Below the pieces are notes generated by a model. It saw only the letters and a program-made list of their open reading frames with translations, searched no databases and was not told the DNA's origin. Shown here one piece after another: positions 1 to 9,029 of a DNA stretch of 64,000 nucleotides. The position numbers were made by a program, and so were the translations under genes. Each line of letters starts with the position of its first letter. Within the stretch, counting starts at the first letter, position 1. The stretch is taken from positions 1 to 64,000 of IMG/VR virus record IMGVR_UViG_3300019880_000001. One strand, 5' to 3'. The stretch comes from a virus.

Positions 1-269
1 GAGCTTCTCGCGATTCCCGCTGCTCTTTGGGGCCTCTACTACGTGATCGTCTGGCAGCCTCATTCGCACCAGATCGCCCAGAAGCTCACCAGGGCCCAGT
101 ACGAGCACGCCGAGTGGATCGCCCGGTGCCTCGAGTGGACCGAAGAGGGGTGGGACGCCGAAGCCAAGTTCGCCGCCGAGCAGGTCAAGGCTCTCAGGGA
201 AGAGATCAACCGCTACCGACGCATGCTCGAACGACTTCAACGCCCGCGCACCGAGAAAGCCTGAACCCG

Positions 270-1061
270 ATGCCCTCCCCTCTTCAACGTCGCGGCTCCG
301 TCGGCGAAGATCGTCGCCGGCGCAAGTACCCCGAATACGTTGCTCCGATGCGGATGCCGAGGCCGCCGGCGGCCAACTCGAACAACGGTCCCTACATCAA
401 CCCTCGGGACACGACACCTCTCACGATCGAGGAATCGAAGGAGTACGCCGCGCTCGCAGTAGCGGGCAACGTGTGCGCTCGAGATCGTATGGTTTCCTCG
501 TGCGAAGGGATGCTGATCGTCTGGGCTCGAAAGTACGCGCGTAGGGTACCGCACCTGTTCGACGATCTGCTCTCGGAGTGTCGCCTCGCGGTCGCTCAAT
601 CTGTACCTCTCTACGACTCGACACGCGGCATGAAGTTCTCGTCGTACGCGATGTTCCGTGTGAGGAACATGTGCTTCGAGCTGGTGCGGTCGCAGCGTTG
701 GACGATCAATTTGCCGATCGTCCGAAATACAGAGAAGGCGAAACAGTACGGCGGACGTCTGCGCACGAAATCGACGACCCTCGTCGGTGAAGACGGCGAA
801 GAGTTCGAGATGACGATCCCGTCGTGGGACCCGTCCCCGGACTTTCTTGAGCACGGGCGCTTGCGTGAGGCGTACCGTACGGTGCTCTCCGATCGCGAGA
901 GAGACATCATCGAATCGCGCATGTACCGCGAACAGACGTTCGAGGAGATCGGTGTTCGGTACAATTTGAGCCGAACGAGAATCCAGCAACTTGAAGCGAA
1001 GGCGTTCGAGAAGCTGCGATTGATTCTCGAGAAGAAACCGAGAATCAAGGCACGCCGATGA
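270..1061 (+). CDS. RNA polymerase sigma-70 family factor (regions 2 and 4)
   Basis: Region 2-like DLLSECRLAVAQSVPLYDSTRGMKFSSYA and region 4 HTH LSDRERDIIESRM..TFEEIGVRYNLSRTRIQQLEAKAFEKLR. Start uncertain. Confidence 0.9.
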   Translation: MPSPLQRRGSVGEDRRRRKYPEYVAPMRMPRPPAANSNNGPYINPRDTTPLTIEESKEYAALAVAGNVCARDRMVSSCEGMLIVWARKYARRVPHLFDDLLSECRLAVAQSVPLYDSTRGMKFSSYAMFRVRNMCFELVRSQRWTINLPIVRNTEKAKQYGGRLRTKSTTLVGEDGEEFEMTIPSWDPSPDFLEHGRLREAYRTVLSDRERDIIESRMYREQTFEEIGVRYNLSRTRIQQLEAKAFEKLRLILEKKPRIKARR

Positions 1062-1342
1062 ACGCCGACGTTGTGAAACTGATCAAGCACACGGGGGAGT
1101 GCAAGCATCCAGACGACACCTCGCTCCCTTTCAAGCTCCACCTCGTGATGCGCCCACCGGAGTTCATGATCGTGACCTTCGTCATGCTCTACGGAGGTTC
1201 TGAGGAGGTGGTCGTTCGCGGTCGTACGCTCGAAGCGATCTCCGGGTGGCTGGACAGGTCAGAGCTCAGGACCCACTCGAGACTTTTGAGATACACCATC
1301 ACCGACGGAAACGACGCTGTCGTCGAAGAGAAGAAACGATGA
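1058..1342 (+). CDS. hypothetical protein
   Basis: ATGA overlap with the sigma gene; 94 aa ORF. Confidence 0.65.
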   Translation: MNADVVKLIKHTGECKHPDDTSLPFKLHLVMRPPEFMIVTFVMLYGGSEEVVVRGRTLEAISGWLDRSELRTHSRLLRYTITDGNDAVVEEKKR

Positions 1343-1566
1343 TCACAGACCCGTGCAACGACCCGATGACCTACGCGCCGGTGCTCCAGCGCATGGTTGA
1401 GATCCTAGGGAGCTCGAACGAGAGAGGAACCACGTTCGGTGCCGCACTGGAGCAGGCGTCGAAAGAGAAGGGTATCCCCGTGCCGAAGCACATGTACGGG
1501 CCCCTGCTCGTGTCGGCGTTCAAGGTGATAGCGACCGGAAAGATCCCCGGCTGCCCTGACGCTTGA
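1339..1566 (+). CDS. hypothetical protein
   Basis: ATGA-coupled ORF beginning MITDPCNDP. Confidence 0.55.
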   Translation: MITDPCNDPMTYAPVLQRMVEILGSSNERGTTFGAALEQASKEKGIPVPKHMYGPLLVSAFKVIATGKIPGCPDA

Positions 1567-1618
1567 CGGAGGCTCCGCACCCGAGCTACCAACCCGCCGC
1601 CACTCGTTTCGACGAGAC

Positions 1619-1653
1619 GGGGGCACCGCGCCATGTGGGAGGTTCGGTGCCCC
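1619..1653. terminator. GC-rich hairpin between convergent genes
   Basis: ggggcaccg ... cggtgcccc inverted repeat between the stops at 1566 (+) and 1664 (-). No U-tract. Confidence 0.35.
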
Positions 1654-1663
1654 TCCCGGTCCT

Positions 1664-2464
1664 CTAGTGCTTGGTGGGTGGGTCTTCGATGAAGACCGAC
1701 ACGCCGATCTTGCCCTCGGCGTGCTTCTCGACGAGAGACACGAACACGCGGCCGTCGGGACCGTACTCCGTGCGTTTGAATCCTGGGACAATCTCAGGCT
1801 CCCTGCCGATCTCGGATGCGATGCCGCGCGCAGATGACAAGATTTTCGGTGGGATCTCTCGAGGGCCCGCCCGGCGATACCCCGGGAGCGTTTTCTTCTC
1901 GTGGTCGGGACGGCCAGCCATCATCTTCAACCACAGGTCTGCGCGCTGCCAGTCGCGGTCTGAGGGCACGCACTTGCCACCGCTCGCGTAGCTCGCGAAC
2001 GTCTTCGCGACGCGATCACGGTTCGCCCGGAAGCCGATGAACACCCCGCACTGCCGTGCCTGCGCCACGACGACGCGGAGGCCGTACTGAGCGCACAGGT
2101 GGATGGGGTCGATGCCGGGGCCCGCCAGGCGCTCCCACACGTCCTGCGGCACGAGCCCGGACACGTGGAGCTGCATGCCGCACCGCGCGAGGCCGTGATC
2201 CTGGGTCCACACCGGGTGCTGCTCGCCAACCTGAATGCGCTTGTCGAGTAGGGTCTCGCTGTACCAGATGATGGCGCCGGCGGCGGCTAGCTCGGTGGAT
2301 GTCCAGCCGGTCCCGTTGGCGTACGGAGTGGCCTCTTCGGCGAGGGCCGTAGCCACCTCCTTGGACCGATCGATGTACTCCTCGCGCGTCTCTCCAGGCG
2401 CATGAGATCCGGGCAACTTGGCCAGCTCGGTGGCGAGCCACGCCGCAACTACTATGGTTTTCAC
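1664..2464 (-). CDS. lysozyme/transglycosylase-like N-terminal domain plus C-terminal 'PG(Y/W)RR' domain
   Basis: IIWYSET..DHGLARCGMQLH resembles the SLT E-S/T and G-x-x-Q motifs. The C-terminus resembles 22377-22796 and 48010-48459. Confidence 0.5.
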   Translation of the reverse strand: MKTIVVAAWLATELAKLPGSHAPGETREEYIDRSKEVATALAEEATPYANGTGWTSTELAAAGAIIWYSETLLDKRIQVGEQHPVWTQDHGLARCGMQLHVSGLVPQDVWERLAGPGIDPIHLCAQYGLRVVVAQARQCGVFIGFRANRDRVAKTFASYASGGKCVPSDRDWQRADLWLKMMAGRPDHEKKTLPGYRRAGPREIPPKILSSARGIASEIGREPEIVPGFKRTEYGPDGRVFVSLVEKHAEGKIGVSVFIEDPPTKH

Positions 2465-2565
2465 GTGGATCCCCCATCGCGCCCGAAGGCGTGTGTGTTC
2501 GACATGTTGGAACCGTAATCCAGTGGCACGGACCTTGACAACCCCCTTCGTGTTACAGTGACGCG

Positions 2566-2937
2566 GTGGCGACCGATAGGGCGGCGTTAGATGCGGTGTT
2601 GAGACTAGCCGACAAAGCGCTCGGTGAGTTCCAGGCTCTTTTGACGATCTTGGATCGAGCGTCGGTGGTGAAAAAATTACGCGACATCGCCGACGTGTTC
2701 GACAGGCTTCCGATGCTCGAGAACGACGTCACAACGCTACGCAACAGGCTACGGGGGATGATGCAATCGGATCCGGACCGAACGCCGGTGACAGGAATCT
2801 CTACTGAGATGGCGGCGGTGCGCGCGCAGTCTCGTGGACTCACCGCTCCAGGCGGGTTCGTGCCGCCCATTGTACGAGATACCAAGATGACGCCGGCGCC
2901 GACGATCCCGCTACCGGGCAAGAAAGATACTCGTTAG
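2566..2937 (+). CDS. hypothetical coiled-coil protein
   Basis: 123 aa ORF; TACAGT box 6 nt upstream of the GTG start. Confidence 0.55.
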   Translation: MATDRAALDAVLRLADKALGEFQALLTILDRASVVKKLRDIADVFDRLPMLENDVTTLRNRLRGMMQSDPDRTPVTGISTEMAAVRAQSRGLTAPGGFVPPIVRDTKMTPAPTIPLPGKKDTR

Positions 2938-3617
2938 AGCGCGGGCACAGAGAGCGCGCTTATCGTCTCGAGGAACCGTTGCCCTTCACGAATCACGTGC
3001 TCGGCGAGCACCGGGTGAATGACAGACTTTCCACTCGAGGCCGACACCGGCTGCGTACGGAAGTACGTATCGAGGCGCGTGCCCGCCTTGAGACCGAGGT
3101 TGATGTAGTCCTGCGTGAGCGCGTGACATCCGCCTTTCAGGTTGTAGAACTCACTGACGATCCCTTGGGCATCGGCGACGAGAGCGGTCGCAGATGGATC
3201 GATGAGGTGTGCCGCGAACTCGGCGTGTTCACGCATGAACGTGATGTTCTGACAGTACGTGAGCTCGGTGGGGAGCCCGCCCTCCCAAACACGAGCGACG
3301 AAGTAGATGAGCTCTCGCAGCGTGTGATCGACGAACAACGGGAAGAGCCACCCCATCCACTTGCCGGATTTTTGAAGATCGAGCACCTCTTGTGTGAAGG
3401 AGGCCAGGTTCTTCGTAGGCTCCGAAACGATCGCCTTCGCCGCATCGAGTCCTTGCGATTTCGTGAGCCACGCCCGTGCGTGTTCCCAGTCCTCATGAAG
3501 TGCTGCGGCTTGCGCCTTGTACGGTTCGACCTCTAGCCCGAGGTTCAAGAACAGCGCGTGCTCGGAGAGCTGGCGCGACCAAAAGATGATGTCTCCTAGC
3601 GGGTCCAACGACGGCAT
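2934..3617 (-). CDS. DUF2935-like helical-bundle protein
   Basis: Repeated FW.RQL.EHALF / FMREHAEF and IHPVLAEHVIRE motifs typical of DUF2935. Confidence 0.8.
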   Translation of the reverse strand: MPSLDPLGDIIFWSRQLSEHALFLNLGLEVEPYKAQAAALHEDWEHARAWLTKSQGLDAAKAIVSEPTKNLASFTQEVLDLQKSGKWMGWLFPLFVDHTLRELIYFVARVWEGGLPTELTYCQNITFMREHAEFAAHLIDPSATALVADAQGIVSEFYNLKGGCHALTQDYINLGLKAGTRLDTYFRTQPVSASSGKSVIHPVLAEHVIREGQRFLETISALSVPAL

Positions 3618-3625
3618 GGGGTCTC

Positions 3626-4630
3626 CTATTCACGCCCGACCACAACGATGGCAGGGAACTCTTTCACTTTCAAGTTGTAGAGCGCGACGAAGCGGTGGGC
3701 TCCCTCGATGATGAAAGGGCCCTTCTCGTCGACGCCGATGATCAGCGGGTTGATCTCTTGCGACTCTTCGATCGCCCCCGCGAGTCGCTCACTCCGCGCG
3801 AAGTCGTCCGCAGCGTAGAACACGGATCTCGGGCTGCCGAGGTCAGACATAGGCACGACGCGCACCCCGGGGAGCGTTTCCGACTCGGCCATGTACCCGT
3901 CGATCGAACTGAGATTCGGTACGTGATCTCGAACCGTTAGGCCGCCAACTTCTTTGCCGGCGATCGGGTACCGTGCGCTTGTGTTTTCGATCAGGCCCTC
4001 GAGCGATGGCGCCGACGGCTCTTTCAAAGCCTCCGGATCGTTGAAACGAGGGTCTCGTTTTGCGCACACCGGGCATGTCGCCGGAGCGTCTTCATCGGCT
4101 ACCGCGTACGGGTCGTCGAGTATGTTCTCCGGCTTCACGCGCTCGCAGAGGGGTTTCTCGGTCGTCTGATCGACGGCGTGCGTGAGCGTCGAGCGGATGT
4201 CGTTTTGTTTGTAGGCTGCGCCGGCTACGGCGCGGGTTTTGATGTTGGTGGGATCGGCGTGTCGAGGCGGCAAGTGCGCGAACGCGATTTGACGAAGCGC
4301 AGCGAAGTCGCATGTGCCCGCCTCGTGCAAGAGCTTGCGCATGACGGCCTGGCGCTTCTTGCCGGAGATGACGATGATCTCCTCGCCGGTGTCGCGAAGG
4401 AAGAAGGAGATCGAGTTGCGGCCTACTGCGGCTTCGTCGATGCACGGCGGTATCGTGCGAAGAAACGACGCCCGTTCTGCGAGGAGCGCGTCGGCTATCT
4501 CCTGTCTATGCCGATCGAAGGTGTCTTGGTCGAGAATCTGGGGTTCGCCGCCTCCAGAAGCAATCTGATCGGCACGTAGAAGTAGCGCGTCGGGCACGTC
4601 TCGCTCGCGTTGCGACGACCAAACTGCCAT
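3626..4630 (-). CDS. protein with C-terminal ParB/Srx-like domain
   Basis: C-terminal INPLIIGVDEKGPFIIEGAHRFVAL...FPAIVV matches the ParB N-terminal G-x-H-R motif; central CPVC. Confidence 0.7.
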   Translation of the reverse strand: MAVWSSQRERDVPDALLLRADQIASGGGEPQILDQDTFDRHRQEIADALLAERASFLRTIPPCIDEAAVGRNSISFFLRDTGEEIIVISGKKRQAVMRKLLHEAGTCDFAALRQIAFAHLPPRHADPTNIKTRAVAGAAYKQNDIRSTLTHAVDQTTEKPLCERVKPENILDDPYAVADEDAPATCPVCAKRDPRFNDPEALKEPSAPSLEGLIENTSARYPIAGKEVGGLTVRDHVPNLSSIDGYMAESETLPGVRVVPMSDLGSPRSVFYAADDFARSERLAGAIEESQEINPLIIGVDEKGPFIIEGAHRFVALYNLKVKEFPAIVVVGRE

Positions 4631-4665
4631 TTTCTGTAGTTCGATCTCGTTCGCGATCGGGTCGG

Positions 4666-5622
4666 TCAGCGCCGTCGCCGCACCGACCTTTTGGCTTTTG
4701 GGGAGCGTGTCTGACGCGCTTCGCGCGCACCGGTCCCGTTACGCGCCGCTGCGACGCGCTCGGCGATCTCTCGGTCTCGAGCGCGTGTGAAATTGCCAGT
4801 CCACGCCGCCCAAGGGCGTCCCTGCGGCTTGAAGATGTCTACTTGCAGCACCGAGTTGCCGGGGTCTCCCGGACGGTGAACGACCCAAGTTTCGGTCGAT
4901 GCCTTCAACGTCTTACTAGGCACGCCAACTCTCAAGCGTCGTGCCTCCAAGCCGTCGTCGATGGTGAGCGTTGTCGGTCCCGAGTCCGGCGTACTACGAC
5001 GCGCTTCGCTCACGCGAGACGAGCGCATCTCCTGTTTGATCTGCAAGAGCTCGTCCGCGAGCCAATCGCGTGAGGCATCGAGCGTTTTCTTGAACCCTTC
5101 GTAGAAAGCGGTAGCGGTCTCGTCGGACCCTTGAACGCCTACGGCCCCGAGCAAGTCATCCATTTCCCGTTTCTCCAAACCTCGCTGTGTGTCCCACAAG
5201 AGTTGCTGGAGCATGTTCTTGGCGATCACGAGCGCGTCGGACTTCGTCTCGAGCGGGAGCATCTCGGAAGGTTTCGCACGGCTCGCTTCGAGCATTTGTT
5301 CTCGAACCCAGTCCATGAAGTAGTCGCCTTGGAGTTGGTCGCTGGCGTACTGCTCACCGGCGGCTTCGGCTCCTTCCGATGCATTCGATTGAGGCGCGAA
5401 AGAAGGAGCCCTCACAACGCCCCGAACTCTCCGCCCTCTACCTGCAACCTTGGTGTTTTGCTTCTTGCGCGTCATCGTGGTCTCCTTCTCGTGTCCTTGA
5501 TACCCATGCGAGTAGGCCGCTCGTCCCTGCTTCTCGGCCTTCCGGCGAGCCCCACGGCCGCAGTAAATCTTCCCGTGGGAACCCCACTGGTAGCAACCGC
5601 GGCCTCTAGAGCGAACGGGCAT
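4666..5622 (-). CDS. multi-domain protein with basic N- and C-terminal tails
   Basis: N-terminal MPV..YQWGSHGKIY..AEKQGRAAYSHGY resembles a small conserved phage protein; acidic core; C-terminal KAKRSVRRRR. Confidence 0.65.
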   Translation of the reverse strand: MPVRSRGRGCYQWGSHGKIYCGRGARRKAEKQGRAAYSHGYQGHEKETTMTRKKQNTKVAGRGRRVRGVVRAPSFAPQSNASEGAEAAGEQYASDQLQGDYFMDWVREQMLEASRAKPSEMLPLETKSDALVIAKNMLQQLLWDTQRGLEKREMDDLLGAVGVQGSDETATAFYEGFKKTLDASRDWLADELLQIKQEMRSSRVSEARRSTPDSGPTTLTIDDGLEARRLRVGVPSKTLKASTETWVVHRPGDPGNSVLQVDIFKPQGRPWAAWTGNFTRARDREIAERVAAARNGTGAREARQTRSPKAKRSVRRRR

Positions 5623-5625
5623 CGT

Positions 5626-6318
5626 TTACCGTCTTCGAGTCGATCTCCGTTGAACGCCAGGATTGTGAGCGCTGCGAGTCGGGCGCGGCGCCTCATCCAT
5701 GCGGGCTCCTTTGATACGAGAGCCGCGCGGGTACCAACCCGCGTTCTTGCCGCGAGCGAGGTCGGTTTGAGCTCGCTCGATCGTCGGGGCCGTGATGTGC
5801 GAAATCACGCGGCCTTCCGGATTCACGACCTCGAACTCTTGGCCCCCCGCCTCGCGCGCCCCCGGAGGCGCCTGACGGCCGCCAGCGGGCACGAACCGGA
5901 CGACCCCCCTGACGCGCTCGGCCTCGCTCTTCGCGTCACCGTAGCTCTTGAAAGGGCCAGCGATGACGCGGTCGCGATTGTCGACGGCCTCGTAGTCACG
6001 GACGGAATGGCGCCGGGGGGCGCCTCGTCGGGCGTCGGTGTCGCCGGGGAGGTACATGGCGTTCCGGGGAAGCTGGGTGATGATACCGCGCGCACCGGGC
6101 CCCTGCGCGTGCCAGTAGCCCTCCTTGCGCCAGACGGTCGCCTCCTCGTACTTGTACTGCCCGCCGCGTGGAAAGTAGAGCTTCGTCTGTGCGCCGTCTC
6201 CGCTCGCGTGCGTAGCGCCGAGATCGTTCGCCGCGTGGCGGATGAGGTCGTCGAGCGAATTGAAGTCGGCGACGCGGTGACCGGCCGCGCGTGTGCGAAG
6301 GGTGCCTCGTGTTTTCAT
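5626..6318 (-). CDS. hypothetical protein with Arg-rich linkers
   Basis: ATGA-coupled in the minus-strand operon; ends QRRSTRRR. Confidence 0.65.
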   Translation of the reverse strand: MKTRGTLRTRAAGHRVADFNSLDDLIRHAANDLGATHASGDGAQTKLYFPRGGQYKYEEATVWRKEGYWHAQGPGARGIITQLPRNAMYLPGDTDARRGAPRRHSVRDYEAVDNRDRVIAGPFKSYGDAKSEAERVRGVVRFVPAGGRQAPPGAREAGGQEFEVVNPEGRVISHITAPTIERAQTDLARGKNAGWYPRGSRIKGARMDEAPRPTRSAHNPGVQRRSTRRR

Positions 6319-6956
6319 CGGCGTTTCCTTGGATGCCCCATGTGCTTCGCGTAGATGGTGTCTGGGGTGACCCCGTTTTTGTTGAAGAGTTCGGCGATTA
6401 GCTGCACCGCTCCGTCTGCCTCTACCGGCCTCGTGTCGGTGCCTTCCTTGTCGAGATGAACGAAGGGGCGACCGTTGAAGACGAGGTACCGACCCGCTTC
6501 GACGGTCCACTGCGCAGATGCTCGCGGCGCTCTGACGACACCACGGCGCCCTTCACCCGCTTTGGGGTCGTCCAACGGTGACCCGTGAATTGAACCGTCG
6601 TCACCTACGTAGAGGTAGAATTCACCGTACCCCTCCGCTGCGGTTTGCAGCTCGTCGAGATCGTCGTCGAAGAATCCCGCCCCGTGCCCGTTTCGACTAA
6701 GCCAAAAGTAGTGGCCGGCTTTCTCGTCGTCGAGTCCGCTAGATTCGAGCAGCCCCGCGAAACGTGTTTGGAAGTCTTTACAGTCAGCGACCATCTTGTC
6801 GCGTGTTTCAGGCGCGAAGTCGTCGATGCTGTAGTTTTTGTCCAGCGGCTCGCCTCCGCTGTCGTCGCTCTCGTCGTTGCTCGACCAAAGCGCTGTCTCG
6901 AAATACGAGCGAGTGAACGTACCTATTCGCGCGATCCAAGGACGCGGCGTGGGCAT
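6315..6956 (-). CDS. conserved phage protein (GHxFWLxRNGHGAGF motif) with basic C-tail
   Basis: YFETALWSS...AGHYFWLSRNGHGAGFFD, a motif I recognise from uncharacterised phage proteins; ends HPRKRR. Confidence 0.75.
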   Translation of the reverse strand: MPTPRPWIARIGTFTRSYFETALWSSNDESDDSGGEPLDKNYSIDDFAPETRDKMVADCKDFQTRFAGLLESSGLDDEKAGHYFWLSRNGHGAGFFDDDLDELQTAAEGYGEFYLYVGDDGSIHGSPLDDPKAGEGRRGVVRAPRASAQWTVEAGRYLVFNGRPFVHLDKEGTDTRPVEADGAVQLIAELFNKNGVTPDTIYAKHMGHPRKRR

Positions 6957-7477
6957 TATCGTCTCCGTTGGGGGCGAGGCCCACTGCGCAACCCGCGTGT
7001 GGGCGAATGAGGCCCCCGTCGAGGAGCCTCGTCTAGGTCTCCGCTCTCGGCACCGACCTGATCGCTGACGTCGCGCGCCATCGTGGCGTACGCGAGGGCG
7101 GCCCAGTTGATCGAATCTCCGGAGACGGCCGGCTCTCCGAACTCTTCGCTGTAGGCGTCGTGGTGGTCCGAGCACATGAGAACCTGAAAGTTCGCATGCG
7201 TGTAGATGACCCAGTACGAGCCGTCGACCACCTCGTGGATCACGTCGTTCTGGTCTTCGCCGTCGTCCTTGACGCGCTTGGCGACTTCTTGCGCCAGGCT
7301 ACGAACGCCCTGGTAGTACTCCGCTCGAAGCACGCGCATCGCGTCGTCGTGTTGCGCTTCGGTGATCCGGCCGTCGTTGCGAGGGTTGGCTCCCCCCGAG
7401 CTCCCGCCGCGTCCCTTGGCGGGAGCACTGCGCTTCTTGGGGGCCATCATGGTCTTGCTCTGAAAATGCCGGTTCAT
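6956..7477 (-). CDS. Ocr (T7 gp0.3)-like acidic domain flanked by basic tails
   Basis: DQNDVIHEVVDGSYWVIYTHANFQVLMCSD aligns by eye with Ocr [28 protein letters not shown]. Confidence 0.55.
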   Translation of the reverse strand: MNRHFQSKTMMAPKKRSAPAKGRGGSSGGANPRNDGRITEAQHDDAMRVLRAEYYQGVRSLAQEVAKRVKDDGEDQNDVIHEVVDGSYWVIYTHANFQVLMCSDHHDAYSEEFGEPAVSGDSINWAALAYATMARDVSDQVGAESGDLDEAPRRGPHSPTRGLRSGPRPQRRR

Positions 7478-7749
7478 GGAACTCTCCCTACTGCGTTGAC
7501 TCTGATCTCGAAGCGTTCGAAGACGCTCGCCTCGGGATCTTCTTTGTACTGAGCGACGGCGTCGCTGCCGCCGTAGAACTTCGCGCCGAACGTGCTGTAG
7601 ATGAGCACGTCGAGGTTGGCCTCGCCGCGTGAGGCGGCCATGCCGAGCGCGAACTCGGCGGCCTCGCCCCAGGTCTTGAAGGTGCGTTCCTTGCCGCTAC
7701 CGTCTTCAACCGCGTATTCAACGTCCTTGTGCTTTTTGCCGGCCATCAC
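7474..7749 (-). CDS. hypothetical protein
   Basis: 91 aa ORF overlapping both neighbours by 4 nt. Confidence 0.7.
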   Translation of the reverse strand: MMAGKKHKDVEYAVEDGSGKERTFKTWGEAAEFALGMAASRGEANLDVLIYSTFGAKFYGGSDAVAQYKEDPEASVFERFEIRVNAVGRVP

Positions 7750-8576
7750 TCGTCTCCTTCATCTTCGTCTTCTTCGTCCTCGTCGTCTTCGTTTTCCTGC
7801 TCCGCCTCGTACGCCTCGTACCAGTCGCCCCAACTGGTCACGTGAAACGTGTGTTCTCTGACGTCGTAAAGCAGCGTTGTCTCGTACGTGTCGCCCATGT
7901 TGACGTACGTGGCGATGGTGTCGCCGTAGTAGCTGTCCTGTGCGTTCTCGTCGCGGAGGGCTTCGACTCCGTGCCCGTCAATAAGCTTGTTTACCTCTTC
8001 GAGCACCGCCTCAGCCTTTCGGCCACTACGGCCGGCAGAAGCGATCATTCGAGCGATACGCGCTGATTCACGCGGGGCGTCGTGACCCTCATGTTTCAGG
8101 TACGGTCCGAGCCCTTCGAGGACGTCTCTCGCGTCGTTGGGCTCCGAGGCGCGCGGGCTTTCTTCGAGCACGCCTTCGTCTTCTTCGCCGTCGTCTTCGT
8201 CTTCCTCGGTCGTCTCGATGTACTTCGTCGCAGCGGTGCCTTCGATGGCGTCGGCGAAGTCTTCGGGGGAGAGTGTCCAAGAGAACCCGTCGAACGTTTC
8301 CGTGAAATGGTCTGGGTCGCTGTCGGGGTAGTGATCGAGTGTCCACTCTTCGAGCAATGTGTCGGCTTCTTCGAGGGCCCCGTCGACGTGACCGCGTTGC
8401 ATCGCGTAGATCGCGCCGACGTGTGGCCCAAAGCCGTTCACGTCGAACATGATCGCGACACGGACCGGTTCTGGATCATCGAGATCAATCACGTCGCCTT
8501 CGCCGGCTACGAGGATGACCCCCTTGTCCAAAATCTCTTTGAAATGCTTCGGGTCTTTTGAAACGCCTCTGGGCAT
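7746..8576 (-). CDS. very acidic phage protein (YxNxGDTY domain)
   Basis: GHGVEAL...YVNMGDTYETTLLYD...SWGDWYE; poly-D/E tracts; start at a TGATG overlap. Confidence 0.7.
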   Translation of the reverse strand: MPRGVSKDPKHFKEILDKGVILVAGEGDVIDLDDPEPVRVAIMFDVNGFGPHVGAIYAMQRGHVDGALEEADTLLEEWTLDHYPDSDPDHFTETFDGFSWTLSPEDFADAIEGTAATKYIETTEEDEDDGEEDEGVLEESPRASEPNDARDVLEGLGPYLKHEGHDAPRESARIARMIASAGRSGRKAEAVLEEVNKLIDGHGVEALRDENAQDSYYGDTIATYVNMGDTYETTLLYDVREHTFHVTSWGDWYEAYEAEQENEDDEDEEDEDEGDE

Positions 8577-8917
8577 CACTTTCTCCATTCGATCCACGCG
8601 CGGTCGACCGCGAGCGGTAGTTGTTCGGTGGGCACCCCCACCGTCTTGAGTACGGCGCGGAGTGCGCCCCACTCCCCATCGATAATCTCGTCGAGGTACT
8701 CGTCTTCCGCATCGCCCTCGACGCCAGCGATGCCGGCGCTTGTGAGTCTCTGAGGGACCCCCTCGATCGCGACTTCAGCCTCGGCGAACACGTGCATGTA
8801 ATCGGGCCCCGGGCCTGACTCGTGATCGGGCTCGAAGATCACACGCACCGCGTGGAGCTCCGCACGTGGCCTACGTGAGGCAGCCTCGACGACGCGGCGC
8901 CGCGGGGGAGAGCTCAT
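8576..8917 (-). CDS. hypothetical protein, first gene of the leftward operon
   Basis: Basic N-terminus MSSPPRRRVVEAASRRPR followed by an acidic domain. Confidence 0.65.
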   Translation of the reverse strand: MSSPPRRRVVEAASRRPRAELHAVRVIFEPDHESGPGPDYMHVFAEAEVAIEGVPQRLTSAGIAGVEGDAEDEYLDEIIDGEWGALRAVLKTVGVPTEQLPLAVDRAWIEWRK

Positions 8918-9029
8918 CTTGTAGTTCAAAGTGTCTTCGGAAGGCCCCGAGACGTCAAGCGGTACGAATGAAGGGGAGAAAAGACGGTTGCAGAAGTAAA
9001 ACGGAAGGTATACGAAAGGTGAATAGACA
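8918..9029. promoter_or_regulatory. divergent intergenic control region
   Basis: A-rich non-coding gap between divergently transcribed operons. Confidence 0.45.

Noticed and set aside
2534-2559. TTGACA...TACAGT as a canonical sigma-70 promoter
   Set aside because: The spacer is only 13 nt, so only the -10-like box was retained.
5131-6354. Long alternative-frame ORFs (also 12802-14016, 54364-55479, 57943-59439 and others)
   Set aside because: They are shadow ORFs expected at high GC, overlap better-supported genes and show no motifs.
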